In this document: positions 37,307 through 48,595 of the stretch, one piece after another
Position numbering within the stretch: position 1 is the stretch's first letter
Layout of the letters: each line of letters opens with the position of its first letter
NCBI GenBank assembly: GCA_051294375.1
Contig: CM119267.1
Coordinates: 14,501,694 to 14,565,693, forward strand
DNA length: 64,000 nucleotides
From: Paraspadella gotoi
Taxonomy: Eukaryota > Animalia > Chaetognatha
Direction: 5' to 3'
Program-made: the position numbers and the translations under genes
Notes under the pieces: model-generated
Database searches by the model: none
The model's input: only the letters and a program-made list of their open reading frames with translations
What the model was told of the DNA's origin: nothing

Positions 37307-38563
37307 ATGAAACAAGAGACTTTCGTCAAAGGAGAGCGACTAAAATTGCTCATTCACGTTATAAATCCGGAAGAAAACTCTTTTGTGACCGCTGATGGAT
37401 TGCTGTCGTGTATGAGGAATGAACCCTCCGGATTGAATCGGATTTATAAAATCGACGACCTGATCCGTTCCTCCAGGCGTAGTCGTTTATCCGTTCTCAG
37501 TTCACCGCCATCTCGTGGAGAGAACGTACTTGGTTTTTATCAGGATAATTTCTACCGAGCCATCGTGCTTGAGTCCGACGTGGCGTCGGCGAGGATCTGG
37601 TTTACCGATTATGGCAACATCGCAACTGTCGCTCTGAAGGATCTGCGCGTCTTACCGAGGGAAATGGCCAAGGAGAAGGCCGTTTCCATTTTGTGCAAAC
37701 TAGACGGGAGTTTAGTTGAAAGTCAAGTCAGGGAATTCAACGATGAGTTGTCGAGGAAGAAAAGACCTATAGCCGAACTGAGGTTCATTGAAAAAATCGA
37801 GGATCTACACGGCGGGTACTCCGTAGAAGTGCTGTTGGATGCGAAGGATCATATTTCAGTGTCACCTTCCAAAATTTTTTTCGCTGTCATCGAATCGTTT
37901 GTCCATTTGGGAGATTTTTGGATTTGCCCCTCCGTGGAGACAAACGAGCAGAAAACTTTAAAGAAAAACATGGCAAGTTATAATTCAGAAGACATTCCTC
38001 TCTGCGCGGAACCACCGACCGTCGGCACGTTCGTTGCCGCAAAATATGAGGGAGACTACTATCGAGCCGAAGTTCTGTCCGTTTCGGGCAATAGCCTCCG
38101 TCTTGTTTTCATGGACTACGGAAATATGGCTAATACAGGATTTTCCAAAGTTAAGATTTTAAAAAAGAACGACATCTACGCGGCCGTGCCGCAATCCACG
38201 AGGTGTTGTTTAAAAAACTACGAAGACGAGAGTCCAGTGGATTGGCCCGAAGATAGGTGCCGAGCCGTTCTTAGGGATTTGCCCCCACAAGTTGAGTGCC
38301 AGGTCCTCTCGAACGATAAGACGGGGGAAAAGTCCATTGTCGAGTTATGGGTTGGCGGGCAACCTTTTTCTGAGCAAATGAATCACAAAGGAACTGACGA
38401 CACTTCGTTTGAGAAGAAAACCGCCAAAGAAGAAAGAGCAACACACTCTCATCCGAGGACGATCGAAGGCAGCCACAAGCGCCTCGATGAATTAGAGGAT
38501 CGCATGAGAAGATTGGAGGAAATGTTGGCGACATTTACTAAAAGTAAATGCAACATTTACTAA
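37307..38563 (+). CDS. Tudor-domain protein (two extended Tudor domains and a C-terminal coiled coil)
   Basis: Motifs GFYQDNFYRAIV...WFTDYGN and AKYEGDYYRAEV...VFMDYGN, then KRLDELEDRMRRLEEML. Confidence 0.85.
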   Translation: MKQETFVKGERLKLLIHVINPEENSFVTADGLLSCMRNEPSGLNRIYKIDDLIRSSRRSRLSVLSSPPSRGENVLGFYQDNFYRAIVLESDVASARIWFTDYGNIATVALKDLRVLPREMAKEKAVSILCKLDGSLVESQVREFNDELSRKKRPIAELRFIEKIEDLHGGYSVEVLLDAKDHISVSPSKIFFAVIESFVHLGDFWICPSVETNEQKTLKKNMASYNSEDIPLCAEPPTVGTFVAAKYEGDYYRAEVLSVSGNSLRLVFMDYGNMANTGFSKVKILKKNDIYAAVPQSTRCCLKNYEDESPVDWPEDRCRAVLRDLPPQVECQVLSNDKTGEKSIVELWVGGQPFSEQMNHKGTDDTSFEKKTAKEERATHSHPRTIEGSHKRLDELEDRMRRLEEMLATFTKSKCNIY

Positions 38564-38590
38564 AAGTAAATGCAACATTTACTAAAAGTA
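38538..38590. repeat. 22-bp tandem duplication spanning the Tudor stop codon
   Basis: CTAAAAGTAAATGCAACATTTA repeated about 2.4 times. Confidence 0.85.
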
Positions 38591-38767
38591 CTGTAACAGA
38601 TACCATATACACATTAATGAATTTATCTAGTTTTGCGCTTTATAATTATATTGTTTTTCAACAATAAATATACTATAGTTTATGTATCTGCATGTATGAA
38701 TAAATTTTATTTTTCCTTCTTTTTTTTTTTGCCTAATCGGCTTAGTGCCAGTAACAAAACGACAATC

Positions 38768-41700
38768 ATGGCATCGGCGGCGGTTTTAGAAACGCCTCTA
38801 ATCGCCGAGGACAGCGCGATATCTTCTTTTTATTATCCTTCCTTTCTTTCTGAGCTTCTCGGTCTCGAGGTACCCGTTCGAAAACATTTCCTCCCCCATC
38901 TCGATCCAACCACGCTTAGCCACCTGGAGATGGTTAACCGTGAATGCTTGAGCCGCGTTCGTGCCCACGGATATTGGAAGGACGTCATTGTCGCCGCCGT
39001 AAAGTTATATCGGCCTGAGATTGGCCTCCTCGATCGCTATGACGAGAGCGTCTGCGAGCTCATTTCCACATCGCATGACGCCATGTTCCACCGCCGACTC
39101 TGGTCTCGCCTCTGCCACGATCACGTTAAAATCAACGAAAATTTTAACCGGAACCGATATCTCCAATCCCTTTTGGTTGTGTACCACTTAGGGCAACAAA
39201 AACTGGTACCCCTTTTCAAAGTGGACCCCTCTCACCGATTCGTCTTCACGGCGGCCAGCGATAGTCCCGAGGTCACCGTGACCAACATCAAACGAAAAAA
39301 ACTATATTTTATTACAAAGAGCCAGTATGCCCTTAACCTCTATGGCGAGAACCCCGGCAAGGTTACCTGTCTCGAAATCAACGGCGACTTGTTGTTCGTC
39401 GGCTGCAATAACGGAACTGTCGCAGTGTGGAACTGGAAGACGGCCCGTCACATCAATCAGGTCGCCCACCGGCTGGGCATCCTCGCGCTGAAGGCTCGTC
39501 ATCGCCGCCTCATGGTTGGCTGTCGAGACCACACCGCCTCTCTCTGGCGATTTTCTCGGCCAACCGCTCCGGCTTCCATGAGGGCGACTTTCCGTGTTAC
39601 TCGTGGCCTCATCCGCGCGGTCGACTTCAACGCTACTCACGCCGTCATAGTTTCCGACAACACCGTCGGCGTCTGGTATCTGGAGAATGAGACGCAATTA
39701 CGGACATTGCCAGGGAATACAGTCACCTGCATGTCCCTTCACCGAAACCTCCTTATTGTCGGGTCCATCGATAGATCAGTTAAACTTTGGGACGTAGTAT
39801 CTGGAAAATGTCTAAAGGTTCTGGAAGAGTGCGCCGCTGAGGTCACCTGTCTAACCACTGATTGGAAGGAAAAACTCTTCACCGGCGACAGGAGTGGGAA
39901 CGTTAGAGTTTGGGATCTCAAAAAGGTGAGGAAAAAAGCTGGGTATGAAAGACTTTTTACGTAGGTGATGTTACCATTCATTCCAAGTTTTCTTCATGGC
40001 GCAATAAAATTAGTGCAACCAATATAAAATTATCCATTTATTCAATATGTACATTATCTTATTCGATAATAACCTTTCGATTCGTTGTGTTGTGAGATTA
40101 GCAAAGAGAATTTGTTTTTATTACAACAAAGATTTTATTTTAAACAATATGAAACAGACATGTTTCGACTCTAGTAAGAGTCTTCATCAGCGCATTTGTG
40201 AAAATTTAACTACAAATTATGGGAGAGGAGACAGAGAAAAAAAGAGAGAGAGAGACCAAAGGTTTCCAACAAAGAATTAAGGGAAAGGAGAGTGGTCAGA
40301 GGTGAGGACAGGTTAAGCTCAAGACAGATTTGAATTTAGTTTGTGAAAAGAAATTAAATTTTTGAGACAGAGAGAGAGAGAGAAAATGAGACGGTAAATA
40401 ATACATTTAGTTAATGTAAAACAAAGTTAAATGTTATTTTTAAACTAAAGTTTTGAAATTTATCAACAATTACCTAATAATAAATAGATAGTTGGAAAAT
40501 GAAATAAGTGAAATTGAAAGAGTTGGAGGATGGAAAGGGATAGCTAAGCAAAAGAAAAAGTGAAATAAAGATTTCAATTCGATTTCTTTTTAAAATTTTT
40601 ATATTTTGCTGTTTTTACTGCAAAGTCAAATATATTTGCAGCGGTCTTGTACTGATTTCGTTTCTGTTGGGTTTAGGCTATCTTTCAAGCACATAACGAA
40701 AAAATAAAATTAATGTCATAGTATGAAATAATAGAAATGAGTTAAAAATTTTCTATCAAAATTTTTTTTCATTTTTTTTTTTTTTTTTTACTGTTTTTGC
40801 CAAATATTTTTTTTAAAAGTATAAACATAATGATTAACTAATGTAACTACAATGTTTTAGGTATATTTCGTTGCCGGAACAAAGAAAATTCATTGACATT
40901 ATAGTATCAATATGGAGCCCTGAAATACCTTATTTTCTTTATAATATATCTCTTTATTGATAAAAGAAAACTATTTCACCATACCGCTACATTCATTTGC
41001 ATATTATGAAAAGGCTGTAGTGGTTTTTTTAATAAAAATCGTTTATACAGAAGGCTTCATATTATAAAATGTGGTAACCCTTTTTTATGACCAGAATCTG
41101 TTCCTACCAAACTACCTGATCGAATTTCATGAAATTTTACATTTAGTCTTAATGACGTTATAAATGGAACTATCGAGGCGAATTTTAATATTCAACCCCT
41201 GACAAGAGATACAGGGCCCTGGGGGTGGACCCCTGGGGGGCCAAAAAAACCTAAAAATTGACATATAAAAAAAAATTTTAAAACTCAAATTGAAAAATTT
41301 TCAATAATTCAGCATAGTTTGAAGATGCATGGTTCATCATTTTACTTCCAATTTTCCTACTATATTATTCCAAAACTGACTTGAACTGCTGATGTTCATG
41401 AAGCTGAAAATTAAGGTAAACTAATATTTCTGTGATAATTAATGTTTTTGTTAAAAAGTAAACGTCTATGCAACTGTTCAAAACAAAAATAATGAAAAAA
41501 TTTAAAACAATTTTTGGCCATTTATTGCCCCTAAGGGTGACCCCTCCGGGGCCCCATATCTCGGCTCAGGGGTCAAATATTGAAATTCGCCTCGATAGTT
41601 CTATTTAGGGATCGTTCATACTAAATTTCAATAAATTTGGTCCAGTAGCTTTCTCGGAACGTGTTCTGGTCACAAAAAAGGGGTACCACATTTTATAATA

Positions 41701-43563
41701 TGAAGCCTTCTGTATTCAATTATTCATATTGAATTATTCATATGCACCTAAAGATTACCCAAATTTATAAATTTAGCCCTTTGTCTGTCATTTTTAAATC
41801 AGCCGGAACAAAGTTTTTATATTTATAATTTATATATTATTTATTATTATTTGTTATTATTATATATTTATAATAGATTGGAAAGTGTGAGAGAACTTAG
41901 GAGTATGTTTGGATACCACGACCTATCTACAATTTTTAATCGTAAGGAAACCTTTATCTCAAAGATCTATACAATGAGAAATACTGTTCTTCAGAAACTT
42001 ATTCCGTTTTTTACAACATAAGAACAATTGTTAATTGTTTAAATTTTAATTAATTAATTTTATTTAACTGTTTTTTTCTCTCTATTTTATAATGTTTTTC
42101 GTTTGCTCAGACTTAGTCTGTTTGTTTATTTGTTGATGATGATTGTACTGAATCAACCTTGTTGTATTCGAATAAAATCGCATATATTTAAATAATGTTT
42201 TTTAAGGTTACTACATGAAATTTGTTTATTTTTTCTTTTCATCAAAATTATAATTTATTATTCTTAGTATTTACTTATACGTATGAGGCATATAAAAATT
42301 TCGCTTATATGACAAACAAAATTCAAGCTTTTCTCTTTCAGAAACTATAATTTTTAATTTTTAAAACATTTTCCAAGTATGTTTAAATCAATTTCAAAAG
42401 TTGTTATACTTTTGACTAAAATAAAATTTAACGAACGTTGATTTGTTTTGAAAATTGGGCGTGGAAAATGACCTTTTTATGTGGATTATTTCTAAACGCT
42501 TGGATCGATTGATTTGAAATGTTGTATCAACAATAAAGCGTAGCAAAAATATAAAAATCAAGTGGAATCAAAATTCGATAATAAAAAAAAAAATATTAAT
42601 TTCTTTTTCATTCGCATACGCCATATTTATACATAGTACTCACCATAGAAAATGTCGAAATTTTAGAAGGTTTTTTTTTATTTTTAAAAGCCGATTCGAA
42701 TTCCTCACGAAAAGTTGATATAAGGAAATTATAACTCTTTTAGAAAATTATTTCATTAAGTGGGTCAAAATCCTAAAAAACTATTATAATTAACCTAAAA
42801 TTAAATTTTATTATAAAAATAGTTTTTTGAAATTTTGGCTAACTTAATGAAGGAATTTTTGATTAAGACTACATTTTCTTTTTTTATCAACTTTTTATGA
42901 GGAATTCGAATCTGCATTAAAAACTAAAAAAAAATTATTTTAAAATTCTGACATTTTATATAGTAAGTACTATGTATAAATATGGGCGTTTGCGAAAGTT
43001 GAGAAATTTAAAAAAAAATTGTTTATATATCATTGTTCTTTAGTACAAGACTGTTCATGAACAACTATTCGAATTTTGATCTGCAACTTTCACTACGCCT
43101 TAATCAACAATATTGACATCATTTTCTATCAGTAAATGTAAAAATATTTAAAACTTGCCTATCTAGATTAAGGAAAAAATCCAAAAATGAGCTGGTAGTT
43201 AAATTTTCACAAATGTCAAAAATGCGCTGATGAAGACTCGTACTAGAGTCGAAACATGTCTTTTTAATATTAAAATAAAATAAAATAAAAATAAATTCTC
43301 TTTGCTAAGTATATTATCTTATAATATTCAATCCACAGATCACCGACGTGGGCAGCAACGTCGTCACTACTGTGATAACTGATTTAAAGTTGAAAGGCTC
43401 CATTATACAAAGCCTCAGCTTTGACGGTGTGTCTCTTTTCTGTACAATGAAGGAGAGTGACTCCGTCAATCACAAAAAGCTGGCCATCAAGATTTTGGAT
43501 TACGCATCCCCCCTTGAAGACGTTGGGAGATTCTCTATCGCTGAAAAATGCTCAATTTCATAG
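38768..43563 (+). CDS. F-box/WD40-repeat protein; exons 38768-39925 and 43339-43563
   Basis: F-box-like segment (FLPHLDPTTLSHLEMVNR...YWK) and WD repeats (GTVAVWNW, DRSVKLWDV, GNVRVWDL). The donor AAG|GTGAGG and acceptor CACAG| join in phase 0 to the ORF ending at 43563. Confidence 0.85.
40060..40570 (-). mobile_element. Penelope-like pLTR in the WD40 gene intron
   Basis: Contains a hammerhead, (GA)n tracts and AGTGGTCAGA.GTGAGGACAGGT shared with 50560-50582. Confidence 0.7.
40157..40190 (-). ncRNA. Minimal type I hammerhead ribozyme (PLE type)
   Basis: Minus strand reads gcg-CTGATGA-A-GACTC-ttacta-GAGTC-GAAA-CATGTC-tgt. Confidence 0.75.
41048..41712. mobile_element. Tc1/mariner-type MITE (copies at about 24736-25360 and inverted at about 27545-28237)
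   Basis: TA|CAGAAGGCTTCATATTATAAAATGTGGTA...TACCACATTTTATAATATGAAGCCTTCTG|TA, with imperfect inverted arms of about 190 bp and TA flanks. Confidence 0.8.
42534..43103. mobile_element. Imperfect foldback MITE
   Basis: Termini TAAAGCGTAG / CTACGCCTTAA. Inverted arms include ATACATAGTACT/AGTACTATGTAT and GATTCGAATTCCTCA/TGAGGAATTCGAATC. Confidence 0.65.
43227..43260 (+). ncRNA. Minimal type I hammerhead ribozyme, sense to the host intron
   Basis: CTGATGA-A-GACTC-gtacta-GAGTC-GAAACATGTC. Stem I pairing is weak. Confidence 0.65.
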
Positions 43564-43836
43564 GTTCTTCGATTTTTTAAAAGAAGTTTTTTATGCTTAT
43601 TCTGTGATATAATGTATAAATTTTATTTCCACGTTCGCTATTCATCGACTCTCTTTCACCTCTCACGCCTTGGATTACCGTGCAGTTACTTTTGAGTGCC
43701 CGTTTGTTTCGACTAATAAAAATTCTTTTATTCCTATTAAAAAGATTGTAGTGCCGTTTTAAAAGTTTATTTTCTACATTTTTTTATTTTAATTCAGCTG
43801 AAATGTCTGTCCTCCATCAGAGGAAACGAATGTAAG

Positions 43837-44739
43837 ATGGCCATCGTCCAAATTTATTCTCATCCACACACGCAGACATTTCGTTCCAGCCTTTGCTCCA
43901 AAGCCACCCTCTTCGGCCTTTTCTCCCTACTTCTCGCCGTATTGCCGCCCTTCTTCGTCGCCTACTCCGGTCGCTCCTTTTGGCTCAAAGAAGATTTTTA
44001 CTTGGAGACGCCCAGAGTGCACTTTCTCCACCAGGTCTTGGCCATTCTCCATTCGGCCGACGACGCACGCACCTTCAGCACTTACGACAATTTTAACCAG
44101 TTGCATTCAGATAGTTTGGTTCCAACTGCCGTTTCCGTGGACGAGGAAGCGACGGAAACAACGGTACGACTGGCGTTTAGTACGGGCTCCGACTTCTCTG
44201 TCCGCTCGATCTCGCTCATTCTCCTTTTTCGATACGAACTTGACGATTTCGTCGAACTGACGTTGGAGGGAATGGCCTTTGCTCAGCAGTCTACAGCCGT
44301 CGCATCGTCCGGTCTCTATTTTGATGGGGAACTGCGTCTCAAGCAAAACTTTCCGGTGTCGCACTCCGGTCGCGATGCGACCTTTAACGTCTCTGTCGTC
44401 GACATTAACTCCATCGACCTCGAAAATTGGGCACTGAGTCGCCTGATGAAGAGATACAAGGACCGTGACCTTCGCTTAGAGCTCACATCGGCTGACTACG
44501 TCTGGACACCCAAAACTGTGAATGACGGGTTTGTCGTCGAGGGGCGTTTACGTTTCCCCGAACAGCGCGTCGCCTACCGTCCGGGACTGGCTCAGCTTCT
44601 CAAATGGGCGTGGATTCAGTACGTCAGCATTTTGGCGATTTTCGCCTTTATCGTCGAAAGAATTAGGGCGTTTGTGTTTTTGAATCAAGTCATTCCAACC
44701 ATCGTGGAGTCGAGAATTAAAAAATTCAAGCGCGGTTGA
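43837..44739 (+). CDS. TMEM231: Transmembrane protein 231 (ciliary transition zone), intronless
   Basis: N-terminus IYSHP...RSSLCSKA...PPFFVAYSGRSFWLK, then FDGELRLKQ and YRPGLAQLLKWAWIQYVSILAIF...FVFLNQVIPT. Confidence 0.92.
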   Translation: MAIVQIYSHPHTQTFRSSLCSKATLFGLFSLLLAVLPPFFVAYSGRSFWLKEDFYLETPRVHFLHQVLAILHSADDARTFSTYDNFNQLHSDSLVPTAVSVDEEATETTVRLAFSTGSDFSVRSISLILLFRYELDDFVELTLEGMAFAQQSTAVASSGLYFDGELRLKQNFPVSHSGRDATFNVSVVDINSIDLENWALSRLMKRYKDRDLRLELTSADYVWTPKTVNDGFVVEGRLRFPEQRVAYRPGLAQLLKWAWIQYVSILAIFAFIVERIRAFVFLNQVIPTIVESRIKKFKRG

Positions 44740-44869
44740 TATAAAATTTTAATTTACATCTGTTTATTCTCCTATTTATCCTTTTGAATAAATACTGTTG
44801 CTTATGCAAATTCCAAAGCAAAGAGGTTTTTGGTCTTGAGAATTAAACTTGTTTTCCCCCCTACCCCAT

Positions 44870-45169
44870 TTTTATCTCGTCTTGGCGCAATAATCGTTTA
44901 GAATTGCTTCTTTGTGCCGTCGTCGTTACGCATATTTTTTTAATATAAAAACTACTACGGTTTATATAAGATTTTTTTTACATAAAAACTACTACGAATT
45001 ATGATTATGATGCGTAATCCCTCTGAATTAAACTCTTATATTTCAAATTTCATTCATTTCAATTTTTCAAACTTCAAAATTAATTTATTGCAATTTTGTT
45101 ATTAGACACACAAATCAAGTTTGTTTAATTTTATCTTTGTTGTACATTGCTCAAATGTAATTACTTATT

Positions 45170-45208
<39 letters not shown>

Positions 45209-45332
45209 TTCACCAAATTTCATTTCTTTTCACCACTTATTCTATCTTGCCTAAACTAAATCTGTCCTCTAAACTGACCACTAATCTCTCTCAATTCTTT
45301 GTTGGAAACTTTAACCTTTTCTGTCTCTCTCA

Positions 45333-45394
<62 letters not shown>

Positions 45395-46082
45395 AACTCA
45401 CAAATTGTCCCATTATTCACAACTGTCAAAAGCGCTGATGAAGACTCGAAAATCTCTGAGTCGAAACATGTCTGCAACTTATTAATAATAAAATCGTTGT
45501 AAAAATTCAAATTTCCTTGTAAATCTCTATACAACAACGAAAAGAAAGAATATACCATGGATTGATTTTTATAAAAGTATGCTATCATAATAAGTTAAAA
45601 ATTTAGATATGGTTTTTCATCTTTAAGATCTTTAAAACAAAAAATACTTGAATCCATATGAAACGTAATAATTTTAATTTTTTTTCATTATTACATATCT
45701 GTTAAAGAAAAGTTTAATAGTAGTGATATAAGCATTTTATTTTGCTATTTGAAGGAAAATTACACTTTTTATTATAATTAGTAAATATCAATCAATTACT
45801 ATTATATCAATCAATTATTATTATATCAATCAATTACTATTACATCATTCAATTACTCTTACATTAATCAATTACTAGTACATCAATCAATTATTATTAT
45901 ATCATTCAATTATTATTACATCATTCAATTATTATTACATCAATCAATTATCATTATATAAATAAATTATCATTATATCAATCAATTCGTTATCGCATCA
46001 ATCGTTTTTTTTTCCGGATTTTTTTATTAATTTTCTTTGATAGTAACTTCTGGCGAGATCACTATACTTTAAGATTTTTTTT
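44870..46082 (+). mobile_element. DINE/HINE-like element related to 4750-6130, with a nested Penelope-like pLTR (about 45040-45545)
   Basis: Shares the 3' end and the ATCAATCAATTATT minisatellite, and has GTCGTCG near the 5' end. Confidence 0.55.
45435..45472 (+). ncRNA. Minimal type I hammerhead ribozyme
   Basis: gcg-CTGATGA-A-GACTC-gaaaatctct-GAGTC-GAAA-CATGTC-tgc. Confidence 0.75.
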
Positions 46083-46615
46083 TATCACGAAAACATCCGT
46101 CCATGTATCAATGCAGTAGTTTGGAATAATTTTAACTTTTTTTGAGCCAAAAAATTGTATTTATTTACTTCATTGAAAAACAAAAATGATTATAAGACGG
46201 ACAGTAAAGTGGAGATCCTGATTATTATTATTAGTAAGAAAGTAAATAAAATCGCCGGCCGAATTCTTTAAAAATTCCAATGCCCGCTAAGAAATATTTT
46301 GCTCCCTCTGTTCAAACGCCGGTCGCAAAACGTTACCTTATTTGGAAGTATTTTTAGAATTGTTTACTTTACAAATGTAAACCAAATTTTCTCTCTCTCG
46401 CCATATAAAAATGAATGCCACTTTGTACAATTAGCCAATTCGATTCCATTCGCTTTTCTGATTTCAATAAATCGATTCATCTCATTTTGTTCGCCATTTT
46501 TATCTCGACCACCTCCACTGTAACAAGCAAAATTCGAGAATTATGATCACTGAACGCTCGACAAAGGACTAAATAAAAAATAATTAAACAATTAAACAAT
46601 GTTTTATTCATTGAC

Positions 46616-47281
46616 ATGGCTTTGTGGCATCATCGAACTTTGTTGTTGAACTCTCAAGATCTAGGGTTCTATGCAAAACTACGTTCTGTTCGTTGTTTTA
46701 GTTCAGCAAGGCCGCTGTTTTACTTTCCGGACCACTACAAGGAATTAAACTTACCCATTGACGCTTCTGCGGGTGAGATTAAGAAAGCCTATTACCGTCT
46801 TTCTAAAGTGCACCATCCAGATATTACCCGCCACTTGACCGGAAAAATCGACGACCAGGCATCGAAGTTCAAAGCTCTTTCTGTTGCCTACGAGGTTCTC
46901 GCAGATCCTGTCAAACGAGACAACTACGACTACGAGCGCAACCGGCGCTCTTATGTCAACCCCTCGGCCAGAAAGTCGCACTATCATGGAGATGCCGGGG
47001 ATGAGACCACTAAAACACATGATGGTGCATCAGAAGGCCCTACACTAAACTGGGATACTTATGTCCGTCGAACGACTATCAAAAAAAAGGGCACGAACGG
47101 TTCGAGTTTAAAGTATTTTTGGCATATTTTTTGGGGATACTTGATTGCGTGGATCGTCGTCACACTGTCTATATTTTGGTCTGATAAGAAGCTATTTGGA
47201 GGAGTACACGAAGATTTGAAAAGGGAGTTTCTTAAAAAGGAACTCGCGAAAATGAAAGAATTAAGGAGAAAAAAGGAGTGA
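46616..47281 (+). CDS. DnaJ-domain protein, probably mitochondrial (DNAJC30/DNAJC4-like)
   Basis: Presequence-like N-terminus, J-domain DHYKELNL...IKKAYYRLSKVHHPD...AYEVLAD, and a C-terminal transmembrane helix. Confidence 0.85.
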   Translation: MALWHHRTLLLNSQDLGFYAKLRSVRCFSSARPLFYFPDHYKELNLPIDASAGEIKKAYYRLSKVHHPDITRHLTGKIDDQASKFKALSVAYEVLADPVKRDNYDYERNRRSYVNPSARKSHYHGDAGDETTKTHDGASEGPTLNWDTYVRRTTIKKKGTNGSSLKYFWHIFWGYLIAWIVVTLSIFWSDKKLFGGVHEDLKREFLKKELAKMKELRRKKE

Positions 47282-47409
47282 TTACTGAGCAGATATACCT
47301 GAAAAATAGCCGTGCCTCGGTAATTTTTTTTTTTCCATTATCAGATAATTTAATGTACTTTAGAGATTTTACGAAATCACAAACTCGGCAAACCGTCTTT
47401 TGACGAACG

Positions 47410-47997
47410 ATGTCGAGCGACGAAGGTGAAACGGAGGCCGCCGCCAAGGTTCTCTCCTGGTGGACTGGCCCTCGTCCCGACGTCAACTACCCGCTCTCCG
47501 TCGTTTACTGCGGGGAATGCTCCATGCCCCTCGAATATTGCGAATACTGGCCTCAGCCGGAAAAGTGCAAGGAGTGGGCCGTCCGCAACGCGCCCGACGC
47601 TTTGGAGAAACTGAAGGTCGACGACACCGACGGCGCCGGCGAAACCGGAGACGTCGACGGGGACGATAAGAAGCGGCAGACGCGCGGCGGGAAAGGTATG
47701 ATGCGCGCCAAGAAGAAGAAGGAGACGGGACCGAAGAAACTCGTCATCTCCCGTAGTCAGCGTAACAAGAAAAAATACGTGACCGTTGTTGCGGGACTGG
47801 CCACCTTTGGTGTCGACCTCAAGGCAGCGTCTAAGAAGTTTGGCGCCAAATTTGCCTGTGGATCCTCGGTGACCGGAGATGATGAGATCGTCATCCAGGG
47901 CGACATCACTGACGAGCTCATTGACTTTATCTCGGACACGTGGCCCGAGATAGACGAGGACCTTATCGTCGATGGAGGTGACCAGAAAAGGTCGTGA
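47410..47997 (+). CDS. DENR: Density-regulated protein (SUI1 domain, reinitiation factor), intronless
   Basis: Motifs [30 protein letters not shown] and [19 protein letters not shown]. Confidence 0.95.
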   Translation: MSSDEGETEAAAKVLSWWTGPRPDVNYPLSVVYCGECSMPLEYCEYWPQPEKCKEWAVRNAPDALEKLKVDDTDGAGETGDVDGDDKKRQTRGGKGMMRAKKKKETGPKKLVISRSQRNKKKYVTVVAGLATFGVDLKAASKKFGAKFACGSSVTGDDEIVIQGDITDELIDFISDTWPEIDEDLIVDGGDQKRS

Positions 47998-48595
47998 CGA
48001 TTGGGAATCTTTTCGTTTAGGATTTAAATGCGACTAATGGAAAATGAACGCTGTCTCGGTGTTTTACGGGATTGCGATCCCAGTTATTCGGAATTTCTTT
48101 TTCTCGTTTAGTGCTTCCGATGCTGTTCGGTTTCGTAGTCCATCTAAGTTAAGCTTTTTATATTATTTTTATAACTTATAATATAAGTTTGAAAAAAATT
48201 AATTTAATTTAATTTTTTTTTATTATAAAACGGATAAAATTCTATTAGGACGGATTATATCAATTTGTAAAACCGTTAATTAAAATTTTAGTATTTTTGC
48301 AAAGCTGTTTTTTTTTTTCGAAATTCTTTTTGGCACTTTAACTCTATAGATTAACTTTATTCCTCTCCAAATTTGAAGTGAAATACATTAATTAAGTGAC
48401 ATGTCATTATATTTTTTATTTTAGTTTTTATTTTAAAAACTAGAGTAAAATGAACTTGTGACAGGAAAATAGTAGTAATGTATCGAAGACTATGATGTTG
48501 AAAAGTAAGTAAGAAGAATGTGGTATTTTTAAAAGGCATTAGTAATAAGACATCCTAATAATTTCATAAATTCTCATTAAGCTTTGTGCAAATTC

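Noticed and set aside
39926-39964. WD40 gene ending at 39964 as given in the ORF track
   Set aside because: A strong donor at 39926 joins in frame to exon 43339-43563, so the read-through end is probably intronic.
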